A stretch of DNA of 64,000 bases from an uncultured Gemmatimonadales bacterium. Its GTDB lineage: Bacteria; Gemmatimonadota; Gemmatimonadetes; Gemmatimonadales; Gemmatimonadaceae. A model generated the notes under the pieces. It saw only the letters and a program-made list of their open reading frames with translations. It had not been told where the DNA came from and did no database searches. Positions 46,095 to 56,376 of the stretch are shown here, one piece after another. How positions within the stretch are numbered: the stretch's first letter is position 1; every line of letters begins with the position of its first letter. Both the position numbers and the translations under genes were made by a program. The DNA is taken from positions 320,001 to 384,000 of the forward strand of contig CAVPQB010000004.1 in assembly GCA_963707505.1 (NCBI GenBank), in the 5' to 3' direction.

Positions 46095-49000
46095 TCAGTA
46101 GCGCCACTGACGCACCAGGAACAATCCGAAGGCGCTGGTCGTGTGGGGCGTCTGATCGGGAGAAAGCGATGGTTGGCTTAGCAGATAACGCGGCTCGAAG
46201 CTGGCATCGATCTGATATCCGGACCGCGTGTTGAAGCGATGCGTGATCTGGAAGCCCGGCCGCTGTAATGACGCGGGATCGGGCCGGACCTGAAGCTGCA
46301 GGAATGTGTTCGTCTGGATGTACTTGGCGAACTCTACCTGCGTCGCGCGAAGAAAGCTGCCCGCGTCGAGCGACACGTCGGCGGGCGTGATGTTGAAGAA
46401 GTCGGCGCCGAGTGATCGCGCAGCCGTGCCGGCCGCCTGATCGGTGAGTGCGCCGAGCGCCGCGGCCCCTACCTGTTTGGCGGCAAAGGCGGCGCCTGCA
46501 CCCACGATGTTGCTGCCGCCACTCCCACCCGTTGTCAGGCCGCCACCCTCCTGCTGAAGCAACGACGAAGAAGAACGCCCGAACGCCAGATAGCTGAGCA
46601 AGTCAGTCTGCGAGATCGGCGGCTGCGCATCGCTTTCGAGCGATATCTTCGGAGCGTCCAGTGTCCCCGAGATGACGATCCGGATTGCTATTGCTTCACG
46701 GGTCGGAAGCTGGACATCATACTCGCCCGTCACCTGTAGCGTCGGGTTGAGCTTCGGCGAGTTGATGAACGTGGCCGAGCCCTGACGGATCTGGAAACGG
46801 CGGCTCTGGAAACGGTACTCGCCCCTGTCGCTCAACAACACACCGTCCACCAGGAAGGTTTGTTTCGCACGGTTGACTCCGATCCGGAGCGGGTTGTCCG
46901 TGTACACTTCCACGTTCGCCTCGTTTGAGCGCACGAACACGTCCCGGTCGACCATCAATGCGACGTTCATGCGCAGATTTGCCAGCAGCGGCGACTGGCT
47001 TGGAAACAGCTCACGGACGCTTGTGTTGCTCGTATCCGCCACGGCGTACAGTGCAGGGTCGCCTGCTCCAACGAGCGTCTTTCCCGTCGATTCGGGTATG
47101 TAGATTACGCCGCGAAGCAGATGTGCGAATCCAGTGACGTCAACGTTGTTGAACGGTCCGTTCACGCTCACGTTGGCATTGGCAAACAGGTTTCCGGTAT
47201 CGTTGTCGATGACGCGCGCGTCGTTGGCCGTCAGCTTGAGCGCGAACGATGGCTGAGTCAGCGTCTTGATGCCGATCCCGCCGGTAAGTCGGATCACACC
47301 GTTGCTGTGTGCGACGAGCGAGTCGACGATCACGGTGTCCTGCACGAGCCGGATATTGCCCGCGACGTAGCTGGCCGTCACACCGAGCGGCGCGAGGCGT
47401 GCGCTGCCATTCCACAGCGTGACCCGACCGTTCACGTTTGGGTGGTCGACGGTGCCTGTGACCGTGAATTTCGCGAGCGCGCGTCCTTTGAGATTCGTCA
47501 CCGCGTCGCTCAGTGACGGAATCGAATCAAGTGGCAGCGAGTCGGCGTCGATGGTTGCGTCGATCGCACGATCGTGAGGTATGCGCGAACCGGTCACACC
47601 AGCAAGTGCGAGATTGATCGGTACCGTTCCGCGCGCAACCAGCATCGGTGCCTTGCCTTCACGGCCTGCGGTGATGTTCGTCTGCAACGTTGCATCAGCG
47701 TACTTGACGCGACCGTGTACTTCCGGTGTCGCGCGGCCCTTGTATACGAGGCGCTCGAGACCGAATGCACCGTCGATCGCCGGCGATGCACGAGTTCCTC
47801 GCATGCGTGCGTCGACCGACACGAGGCCGCGCGCATCAACGTCGCTCTGCAGCAGGGCTGCGATGTTGCCGATCTCGAATTGCGTTACGTGCAGCTCCAG
47901 ATCCATGTCGCCGTGTACCGGGATCCTGCCATTGACGTACACGCGTCCGCCAGAGGCGCTCTTGACCTCGAAGTGCTCGATCGATGTTTCCGTCGAATCG
48001 AAATGGATCTTTGCGGGTCCCGTACTGGCATATACAGTGGTATCGAACTTGAGACGCAGCTGGTCGAGCATCAGGTCATCGCGGTCGTTGTCGAGTGTGA
48101 ACTGGGCATTAGCGTTGTAAACCCGGTTCGAATCCTGACGAATGTCGAGGGTAAGGTTTCCGTTGGGCCTGGCATACGAGCTGGTGAGCGCAACAGTGTC
48201 GAGTGCGAACCCGAGCGCCAGAACGTCGACCGCACTGGCCTGGGCACTCACGCGAGAGTGCGGTGTGAGCGCACCGTTCCATGTGTAGTTTGCGCGAATC
48301 GCGTGTGCAGCGCTTCCGAACGCGACGAGGTCGGTTCCGGTCGCCGAGCCTGCCATGTCGAATGTGTGGATGTTGCCGGTGGCTGTGCCTTTCGCCACGA
48401 TCGACCCCCGTAGAGCGTTGCGCGGGATGGCCTTTGGCGTATCGACAGGAAATGCCGGAACCGTCTTCCCCGTGACGGCTCGCTCGGTGAGCGTCGCTCT
48501 GACGATCTTCGCACGCGCCGAGTCGGCGCGCGCGATTCGTTGCGCGAGGATGGCAGGCCTCGGTGCCACGGCGCCGGTATCGGCTGGAGGTAGAAGCCGC
48601 GACAGCGCGCCGAGGGAGTCGATCGACACACCGTAGCTGAGCTTTCCGGTAGAGCCTGCAACGAGACCGAACTGACCCGACGCGTTCGCGTAGCCGTGCG
48701 GGACGTGAACGGTGAGGGTATCGACGGTCAGGAGGCCATTCGCAGCTGCTACTCGTACAGTCGCGGAATCAACTGTGACGCTGTCATATGTGGATGTCTG
48801 CACGTTCGCAGTTGCCGTCGCATTCAAGGTTGCCGGATCGAAGCCGGCGCCGCGAGCCGCAACGTTGGCTGTGAGCAAGGATGCGGGTGCCTTGCTGCTG
48901 ATCTGGCTGGCGTCGAACAGGTGAGCGGTGAGGTTTAGATCGTAACCCTGCGGGCGAGACGCGAGATCTACCGTGCCATGTGCGACGACCGTTCCCCCGT

Positions 49001-50672
49001 CGGGCGTCGTCAGATCCGCGGCGACAGCGAGATTCTGCATCGGTCCCGTCGCGGAAATCGGACCGGTGACCGTGCCGCGGAGCCCAGCCGCCGGCACGAA
49101 CTTGCCGGCCGTGGCGAGCGAGAGCGGTAGAAGCTGCAGATTCGCATTGATGAGCGGCACCCGATTGCCGCGGGCGTAGGTCCCGCTGCCGGTAACGTGC
49201 GATTCGCCAGTCACGTCGTTGTGGATGAGGTCGCCAGTTGCAGTGAGGCGTGTTGCGCTCGAGCCGTTCAGCACCGCCTTGCCGGTAATCGTGCCGCCGA
49301 TCGGAAGAGTCGGGTCGACTGCACGCGCGAGTGCCACGTTCAGTGGCGCGAACGTCAGATGCAGATCGGTCGCTCGCACGACGCCCTTGCTCGCGCCAAC
49401 GGTGCCGATCGCGACGACGCGGCTCGTGCCGGTGCGCGGATCCTGGAATGCAACATCCCCGTCGATGCGCATTGCACCGAAGCCGCCGCGCGCAGCCATG
49501 CGGCCAGTGAGATAGCCCTGGCGTGGTGATACGATCGTCGGAAACAGTTGCTGGATGGTGCGCGTGTCGAGATGGTTGAAGCGCAGGTTGGTATCGTGAA
49601 ACGCGATCGTATCGGTAACGAAAGTGCCGAGACTTCCAGACATGGTAGCGCCAGCAACCGCGAGTGAAGCATTCGTCGCGAGATAGTCGCTCGTTGGTCC
49701 TACCCAGTCGAGCGCGAAGTCCAGCTTGCCCGATCCGTCCTTGGGTATGCTCGGGTCGATCCACAAAAGGTCGTTCGTGGCCACGGTGTCCGCGTGCAAC
49801 CGAAGTCTCAGGTCGTTGCTGTCGAAATTGTAGCGTCCTGTGCCGTTCGAGAGCGCGGAGCTCGCGAGCGTTGCGTTGATACCGTGGAAGTACAACGAAT
49901 CGGCAAGCAGAATAAAACGTCCCTTTACGTCGGTCACCCGTACCGGCGGCGGCCGGAGCGGCTCCGCGGTCATGCGCAGTGACGACACATCGACGATCTG
50001 ACGACGATCGGTCGGGTCTTCGAGTCGCATCAACGGAAACGTTCCGTAGATGTTCCTGAACTGCGATGTCTTCTGGAATCCGCCGGCGACGCGCTGCACA
50101 TTGAGCCGCGCGAGCGGGCTGAGCGTGAACCGTATGACGCTGTCTCTTTTGGTTCCTTTCAGTGTATCGTTCGGCGCCCATGGACTTCGCGCCGTGACTT
50201 CGCCATCCACAATCGTCACGTTGCGCAGTGTGATCCATGACAGAAAGCCCGGCGGGCCCGGTGGCAGGGTCGTGTCGCGCGGAAAGATCCTGTCGTAATT
50301 CCACTTGCCACCGGGCATCCGGTCCAGCACAATGACGGGATGCACGACACGAACATGGTCCAGGTATATGCGCTTGTTGATCAGATCGCCGATTCCGTAA
50401 CTGGCGACTACGGTATCGGCCTTGACGAATGGAGCGTGAGCGCTGTCCGTGATGGTAAGACCGACGATAGTCGCGCCATTCAAAAGGTTGCCGTCGATCC
50501 GGTCTACGGTCACGTATCCGTGCGCCGCGTGCTTTATGAGGCCGATCACGTAACCGCCAACTTTCTTCCTGCCCCAATCCGTTTGCGTGGCGATAAGCAC
50601 CGCACCGGCGATCAGCACCGCCAGCCCGACGAGAGCACCCACCGTGGCAGCAGCGACGGTGCGCTTCCGCAT
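46095..50672 (-). CDS. tamB: Translocation and assembly module TamB (DUF490-like C-terminus), 1525 aa
   Basis: N-terminal membrane anchor, long beta-rich body, ISGTL.AP.I.L.S..P.SQ.DLLSYL.FG; directly follows a TamA/BamA-family gene. Confidence 0.85.
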   Translation of the reverse strand: MRKRTVAAATVGALVGLAVLIAGAVLIATQTDWGRKKVGGYVIGLIKHAAHGYVTVDRIDGNLLNGATIVGLTITDSAHAPFVKADTVVASYGIGDLINKRIYLDHVRVVHPVIVLDRMPGGKWNYDRIFPRDTTLPPGPPGFLSWITLRNVTIVDGEVTARSPWAPNDTLKGTKRDSVIRFTLSPLARLNVQRVAGGFQKTSQFRNIYGTFPLMRLEDPTDRRQIVDVSSLRMTAEPLRPPPVRVTDVKGRFILLADSLYFHGINATLASSALSNGTGRYNFDSNDLRLRLHADTVATNDLLWIDPSIPKDGSGKLDFALDWVGPTSDYLATNASLAVAGATMSGSLGTFVTDTIAFHDTNLRFNHLDTRTIQQLFPTIVSPRQGYLTGRMAARGGFGAMRIDGDVAFQDPRTGTSRVVAIGTVGASKGVVRATDLHLTFAPLNVALARAVDPTLPIGGTITGKAVLNGSSATRLTATGDLIHNDVTGESHVTGSGTYARGNRVPLINANLQLLPLSLATAGKFVPAAGLRGTVTGPISATGPMQNLAVAADLTTPDGGTVVAHGTVDLASRPQGYDLNLTAHLFDASQISSKAPASLLTANVAARGAGFDPATLNATATANVQTSTYDSVTVDSATVRVAAANGLLTVDTLTVHVPHGYANASGQFGLVAGSTGKLSYGVSIDSLGALSRLLPPADTGAVAPRPAILAQRIARADSARAKIVRATLTERAVTGKTVPAFPVDTPKAIPRNALRGSIVAKGTATGNIHTFDMAGSATGTDLVAFGSAAHAIRANYTWNGALTPHSRVSAQASAVDVLALGFALDTVALTSSYARPNGNLTLDIRQDSNRVYNANAQFTLDNDRDDLMLDQLRLKFDTTVYASTGPAKIHFDSTETSIEHFEVKSASGGRVYVNGRIPVHGDMDLELHVTQFEIGNIAALLQSDVDARGLVSVDARMRGTRASPAIDGAFGLERLVYKGRATPEVHGRVKYADATLQTNITAGREGKAPMLVARGTVPINLALAGVTGSRIPHDRAIDATIDADSLPLDSIPSLSDAVTNLKGRALAKFTVTGTVDHPNVNGRVTLWNGSARLAPLGVTASYVAGNIRLVQDTVIVDSLVAHSNGVIRLTGGIGIKTLTQPSFALKLTANDARVIDNDTGNLFANANVSVNGPFNNVDVTGFAHLLRGVIYIPESTGKTLVGAGDPALYAVADTSNTSVRELFPSQSPLLANLRMNVALMVDRDVFVRSNEANVEVYTDNPLRIGVNRAKQTFLVDGVLLSDRGEYRFQSRRFQIRQGSATFINSPKLNPTLQVTGEYDVQLPTREAIAIRIVISGTLDAPKISLESDAQPPISQTDLLSYLAFGRSSSSLLQQEGGGLTTGGSGGSNIVGAGAAFAAKQVGAAALGALTDQAAGTAARSLGADFFNITPADVSLDAGSFLRATQVEFAKYIQTNTFLQLQVRPDPASLQRPGFQITHRFNTRSGYQIDASFEPRYLLSQPSLSPDQTPHTTSAFGLFLVRQWRY

Positions 50673-52920
50673 CTAGAACGCCTCTCCGATCGACAGGTGC
50701 AGCGTCAGGCGTGAGAGTAGCGAGTTGAGACCACCGCTTCCATGTGTCGGTGAATACACGCGCGATTGATCGAGCGTGACGAGCCCTCTTCCGCCGCTTG
50801 CCACGTCTTCAGTGACGACGGGTAGCGTCTCGCTCGTTTCCGGATCGAGGCCAACATCGATGCGAACCGGTCCGACCGGTGACAGGTAGCGTACGCCGAT
50901 ACCCGGGGTGATCGCGGCCTTGCTCCTGGGCAATCCCGGACTCGTATTCTGCGCGAGGTACGCCGCGTCGACGAATGTAGCGCCGATGAGCGATGCGAAT
51001 AGCGGAAAACGGAACTCCAGACTCCCCTCGATGAGGCGATTGCCGCCAAGCGGCCGCGGCACGAAATCGCGATCGCGAAACAGCGCCGCGTTTGGATTGC
51101 ACTTCGTGATCGTGGCCGCTCTGCACTCTGCGTTGGCGGAGTCATCTGCCAGCAGCTTTGCCGCCGGCACCGTAAGTACGCGCGGGCCGAGCTGTCCTTC
51201 AGGATAGCCGCGCACGGATTGCGACCCGCCGGCGTAGAATCTCTTGCGTGGATGCAGGATAGCCGTCGCATCCAGCGCGCCGCTTGCGGCTCCCACGGCT
51301 TCCGTGGTGCTTGCCAGCGCGCCGATCATGCCCACCCTCACGTGGCCGGCCAGCACCGAGCGACGAGTGATTGGTAGAAATAGCGCAAAATCACCGCCGC
51401 CGCGATTGTATCTGAAATCAGAAGCAGTATACGACGACGCGTGCTCGAGATCGAACTGCGTCCGGTATCCACGCCGCGGCTCGAACGGATTGTCGGTCCT
51501 GTCCAGCGAGAAGCTCAACGCGAGTGGAGATAACCGTTGTTTTCTCTCCAGTGCAACGAGCGTTGCCGCGTCACAGACGCCATAGTTGACGCAAAAGTAC
51601 ACGTCGCCGGCCTGCACGGTCGTCTCCTCGAACCGGTAGTTGAGACTGAGCGGCCCGCGCGGCGTGAGTGTGCGCGTGAACGTCGCACTCAGACCGTAAC
51701 CCTTGTCGATGTATATGCCCGGCGCGCTTCGGCGGTGAGCGAAGACTCCGAACGCAGCCTCGTTGTTCGGCGATCCGAACCACGGATATCTCACATCCGC
51801 GCTGGCAGTGTATGTGGGAGCAAGATACTGTGACTCGGAACCTCCGATTACAGTCTTGCCGACGTCGTAGAACACGCCGTTTCCGTTCAACGTGTGAGCG
51901 AACAGATTTCCTACGGCCGCATCGATGGTCAGCCGCTTGGCGCCACTCAGCCAGTTGTAATCCGCATAGTGGCCTTCGACCTGCACGAAATCGACGGTGT
52001 TGAAGCCCGCGCTGTAGCGTGCGTCGTGCGGCGGTGCTTCCTGAACGTCGATGAGCACATGCTTGAGCGAGTCATCCGTCGTTGGCACCTCGATCGCCGC
52101 GCGCCGGAAGAGATTCGACTCGTACAGCGCGCGCTGGCTCGCCAGCACGTCCGACTGCTTGTACAGGCCGCCGGGCTTGAACGACAGCGACTTCTTGATG
52201 GTGCGATCGCTGACGCCCTTGCTTCCCTTGATTGTTATGGTCGCGACGCGTGCACGCCATCGTGGATTCGCCTTGATCGTGATGTCGGCCGTCCTGGCGA
52301 CGGTGTCGAGCACGACCGTGGTATCGATCACTGCATCGGAGTAACCTCGATTCCACAGCCGCGAATCCAGCGCCGCAATCGTCGAATCCAGCTCGATCAG
52401 ACTGTACGGCCGCCCCTTATTCAGAACGAGAACGCGGCGCAGCTGCCTTCTGGATAGCACATTGGTATCCTGCACTATGCTGATTCCCGACACCATCGTC
52501 GGCTTTCCCTCGTTCACCGCGATCGTGACGTGCACCGCATTCCTGCCGGTCCGTAACGACCGTAGTGTCCACCTGCGCTTCGCGATATCCGCGCTTGAAA
52601 TAGAACACCATCACCCGCAGCATATCCCGCGCGAGCTCGGCGCGATTCAGCGTAACCCGCTTGTAGAACGTCGGCGATTTGCTGAAGATGCAGACCGGCC
52701 TCAGCAGGACTGATACGCAGTGCGACTCATCTGTCGCAATATTGAGGCGTAGCTCGTCCGGATCGACCGCATGCACGCCCTTGAGCGTCAGTTCGGTGAT
52801 TTCGGGATTGCCAGATGACGGCCGCGGAGCCTGTCCCAGGAGCGGAGCGGCCGCGATCACCAGCGACGCGACAGCTGCTGCGGCGACCCGGGTCGATCGC
52901 CGCACAAGTGGAGGAACCAT
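50673..52920 (-). CDS. Omp85-family (TamA/BamA-like) outer-membrane protein (frameshift near 52555)
   Basis: POTRA signatures (FY..RGY..A, RGYSDA), RFYAGGSQSVRGY, G.GVRYLSPVGPVRID, C-terminal SIGEAF. Confidence 0.9.
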
Positions 52921-53022
52921 GCCCGCGAAAGAGCAAGGCCCGGGCCGCGGGGCGCGTGTGTTTTTCCAGCCGCCATGGCTCCGCATCCCGGGCCGGACGA
53001 GCTTACGGGCGCAATTGCGAGA

Positions 53023-54648
53023 TCAGAGTCCGGAGAGCAGCGCGTCGTTGTTCGGCGTCGCTGCAATTCGCTTTATCAGCCACTCCATGGCCGAGCTCGA
53101 CGGCATCTGCTGCAAGCCCCGGCGGAGTGTGTAAACGTGGTCGAGCTGATCGGGCCGGAAGAGCTTGTCCTCACGTCGCGTACCGCTTATCCCGATGTCG
53201 ATGGCGGGGAAGATGCGCTTCTCCGCGAGGCTGCGATCCAGCTTTATCTCGCAGTTGCCGGTTCCCTTGAACTCCTCGAAGATCACGTCGTCCATCCGCG
53301 ACCCCGTTTCGACGAGCGCCGTCGCGATGATGGTGAGCGAGCCGCCGCCGTTTTCTGGGGCGACTGAGCGCGCCGAGCCAAAGAACGCCTTCGGTTTCGC
53401 CATGGCCGATGAGTCGAGGCCGCCGCTCATGGTGCGGCCCGTACCACGCTCGATGGTATTGTAGGCACGCGCCAGGCGTGTGATGGAGTCGAGCACGATC
53501 ACGACGTCCTGCCCGAGCTCGACGAGTCTGCGGGCCCGCTCCAGCGTCATCTCGGCGACGTCCGCGTGGCGCTGAGCCGGCATGTCGAAGCTGGATGCGA
53601 CTACTTCGCCGTGACCGATCGAGATCATGTCGCTCACTTCCTCAGGGCGCTCGTCCACGAGGAGGACGAACAGCTGCACGTCCGGTTGATTGATGGCGAT
53701 CCCCTCGATCACCGCCTGCAACAACATCGTCTTGCCTGCGCGTGCGGGAGCCACGATGAGCGCCCGCTGTCCGTAGCCGATTGGCGCGATGAGATCGATC
53801 GCGCGTCGAGTCAGCTCCGGCCCCGCCTTGGCTGGACGGCCAGTCTCGAGCGACAGCTTGCGATCCGGATACGACGCGACGAGCGACGCAAATTCCGGCC
53901 GGCGCAGCGCCGCCTCGGGATCGCCCCCATTGACGGTCAGTAACTCGGCGGCAGTCAGACGACCGCGCTGATCGCGGCCAACGGTGACGGTCAGGAGATC
54001 CCCGCGACGGAGACCTGCCTGACGAACGAGCTGTGCCGGTACGAATGGGTCGTTGGCCTCCGCCAGGTAGCTATGGCTTGCGCTGCGGAGGTATCCTGCG
54101 TCGCGCTGCGGATCGAAGAGGCCTGACGTTTCGCCTTCGACGATGATTGGTCCTACCGGGCCGCGGGGTGCGGCGTCTGCCTGCGGGCGGCTGCGGCGGT
54201 TATTGCGGCGTCCGCCACCGAATTGCTGATTGTTGTTCTGGTTCTGCCGTTGATGTTGTTGCTGCTGCTGCTGGCTGCTGCTGATTCGCCGCCACCCTGG
54301 GCGTTTCGATTGCGGTGTCGGAAGCGGCGAAACCGGCCGCGTCCCTGTCCGCCGCGCTCGTTGCCTCCGTCCTCGTTGGCGCCGGATCCGTCTGACTGGA
54401 CACCGTCGCCTCCACCGGATGAATCCGGCGGAGCGGATGGACTTTCGCTCCCGATTATCGCGCGGAACCAGAGATACGGCAGGGGCCGGATCCAAATGGG
54501 GCCGCGGCTCCGGTGCGGGAGTAGGGGCCGATTGGGCCTGCGGAGCGGAGTCCAGATACGGATTCGCATCTGAAATCGCATCGGTGGACGTTGCATCGTC
54601 GGGGCTCTGCCCACGACCGCGACGGGTTGAACGTCGGCGTTCAGTCAT
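53023..54648 (-). CDS. rho: Transcription termination factor Rho with a long disordered N-terminal region
   Basis: GYLR, PIGYGQRALIVAP.RAGKT, DERPEEV, DSITRLARAYN, FEEFKGTGN, SGTRRE. Confidence 0.97.
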   Translation of the reverse strand: MTERRRSTRRGRGQSPDDATSTDAISDANPYLDSAPQAQSAPTPAPEPRPHLDPAPAVSLVPRDNRERKSIRSAGFIRWRRRCPVRRIRRQRGRRQRARRTGTRPVSPLPTPQSKRPGWRRISSSQQQQQQHQRQNQNNNQQFGGGRRNNRRSRPQADAAPRGPVGPIIVEGETSGLFDPQRDAGYLRSASHSYLAEANDPFVPAQLVRQAGLRRGDLLTVTVGRDQRGRLTAAELLTVNGGDPEAALRRPEFASLVASYPDRKLSLETGRPAKAGPELTRRAIDLIAPIGYGQRALIVAPARAGKTMLLQAVIEGIAINQPDVQLFVLLVDERPEEVSDMISIGHGEVVASSFDMPAQRHADVAEMTLERARRLVELGQDVVIVLDSITRLARAYNTIERGTGRTMSGGLDSSAMAKPKAFFGSARSVAPENGGGSLTIIATALVETGSRMDDVIFEEFKGTGNCEIKLDRSLAEKRIFPAIDIGISGTRREDKLFRPDQLDHVYTLRRGLQQMPSSSAMEWLIKRIAATPNNDALLSGL

Positions 54649-54860
54649 GTAAAAGATTTTTCGGGTACAGAGGCGCCGGCGACACTCGCCGCAAGCGCAT
54701 TACGCAACGGGCGCAGGGCGCAATCGTCGCGGTCACTCGATTTGTCGTGTTGATTCGGAAGTGTCTCGGGGAGCGCGGGGCCAACTCACGCGGCGCACCC
54801 GGGGACTATGCCCTTCAATCTGCGCGCGATAACGCGCGCCTTGTTCGCACTACTCCCTTT

Positions 54861-54889
54861 ACGCTAGCACCCCCCGCGACTCTTGTCCA
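54861..54889 (-). promoter_or_regulatory. sigma70-type promoter for rho
   Basis: TGGACA-17 nt-TAGCGT with an extended -10 TG; implies a leader of about 200 nt. Confidence 0.5.
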
Positions 54890-54908
54890 GAGGGATACAT
54901 TTCGGTAA

Positions 54909-55361
54909 ATGGACGATCTATCATACCCCACCGTTGCGGATTTGGAGCAATCGGTGGCAGAAAACCCTGGTGACGCCCAGGCTTTGGTGCGGCTCGCCAA
55001 CGGATACTGGCTGGAGGGAAGGGGTCCGGACCTCGTCGGCGAGATCGCCGACCGGGCACGGAAACTCGACCCCGCGAGTCGCGGCGCATGGCACATGTGG
55101 GCCCTCGCCGAATCGAATCCGCGTGACCGGACGGAACGCTGGCGCCAGGTCACGGTTCAGTTTCCGGACGACGACCTCGCCCGCGCCAATCTTGCTGACA
55201 ATGCAGCTGCACTGGCAGGTGCCGAGCACGATTACGTGGCGCTCGATCTCGCCATAGACACATACGAACAGCTACTCGCCAACGCGACCGAGCCCGATCA
55301 GCGCGAAGCACTCGAAAAGGCGATCGGAATTCTGCGCGAAATGGAAGTTCTGAAGCGTTAG
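54909..55361 (+). CDS. Small TPR-like helical-repeat protein
   Basis: NPGDAQALVRLA, LDP..RGAW, FPDD..ARANLA repeats; TACATT box 7 nt before the ATG. Confidence 0.7.
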   Translation: MDDLSYPTVADLEQSVAENPGDAQALVRLANGYWLEGRGPDLVGEIADRARKLDPASRGAWHMWALAESNPRDRTERWRQVTVQFPDDDLARANLADNAAALAGAEHDYVALDLAIDTYEQLLANATEPDQREALEKAIGILREMEVLKR

Positions 55362-56369
55362 CGTACGAAGCGCGTGTTCGTCTTGTCCAGCTTATCCAGC
55401 TCGTTCTTGATGTTGTTTCCGACCGCCTGCACGCGTGTGATGTGGTGCGGATCGAAGGCAGGGTCGTAGGGGCTCCGAGTCGGCCCACCGGCGACTTCCA
55501 TCACAGCCTCGAAGTGATAGCTGTGAACCTTGCCGGTCTTGGGATCGCGCCACGAGCCCTGCCATGCGAGCTGGCGATTCTTGGGCCAGATACCGTAAGG
55601 CAATGCCATCGACCTGATCTTGTACCCCGGGACCGCTGAATCGATGCCCATCGCATTACGCGCGATCTGCTCCTGAACAACTGCGTCAGAGTACTTGTTG
55701 AGCATTGCATGCCACACTGTGTGATCGCACAGCTCGAAGCCATTGTCAGCGAGCCACTTCACCTTCTGGAACCGCCACTCCTTTTTCTGACCGGCAAACT
55801 TCACATTATCGCCAAAAAAATTGTGACCCGCAGCGCCGCCATTCAGCATGCAGAACACGGCCCGGTTCTTCCATCCCGGATGCGATCTGGCAAAGTCGAG
55901 CCAGATTCCCATTCCGCTGGTCGGGTCGATCTCGAGCTTGCCGTTCTTCTCGATGTAGCTGAACTGGCCCGGTGAGGCGTCATCGAACACTACCACCACC
56001 GGCGACATTCCCACCGGAACATCAGTGAAATTCTTGTCCAGCACCTGCGCCAGAGTCACCGGCCGGTATCCGCGGCGATAGGCGTCTTCGAGATCGGCGC
56101 GAAAATGCTCGCGCGTTCTGCTATATAGAGCGTCGTGATCCCCGATCAGATGGTATTCGAGAACCGGGATGCGCCCCATCCTGTTTGGTGCGCGCGTCGG
56201 AGCGGGCGACTGGTTCGGGGACGGGTCCAAGTCCACCGGAGCGACCGTAGCACGGTGTTTCGGTGTATTGAGCGGCGATTTGGCGCTCCGGCGTGACGCG
56301 ACGGACGCACCTGCGATCGCGGCTCCCGCAACGGTCACCGGCAAGGGCAACTGCTAATGGGCGATACAT
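55358..56369 (-). CDS. Polysaccharide deacetylase (CE4/NodB-like) family protein (probable frameshift near 56340)
   Basis: PVLEYH, VVFDD, ELCDHTVWH, ALPYG. MYRPLAVALA in the adjacent frame completes an N-terminal signal/anchor. Confidence 0.8.
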
Positions 56370-56376
56370 TCTGATC

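Noticed and set aside
48123..48136. GGTTCGAATCC, a tRNA T-loop-like motif
   Set aside because: Lies inside tamB coding sequence (antisense of RQDSNR) with no cloverleaf around it.
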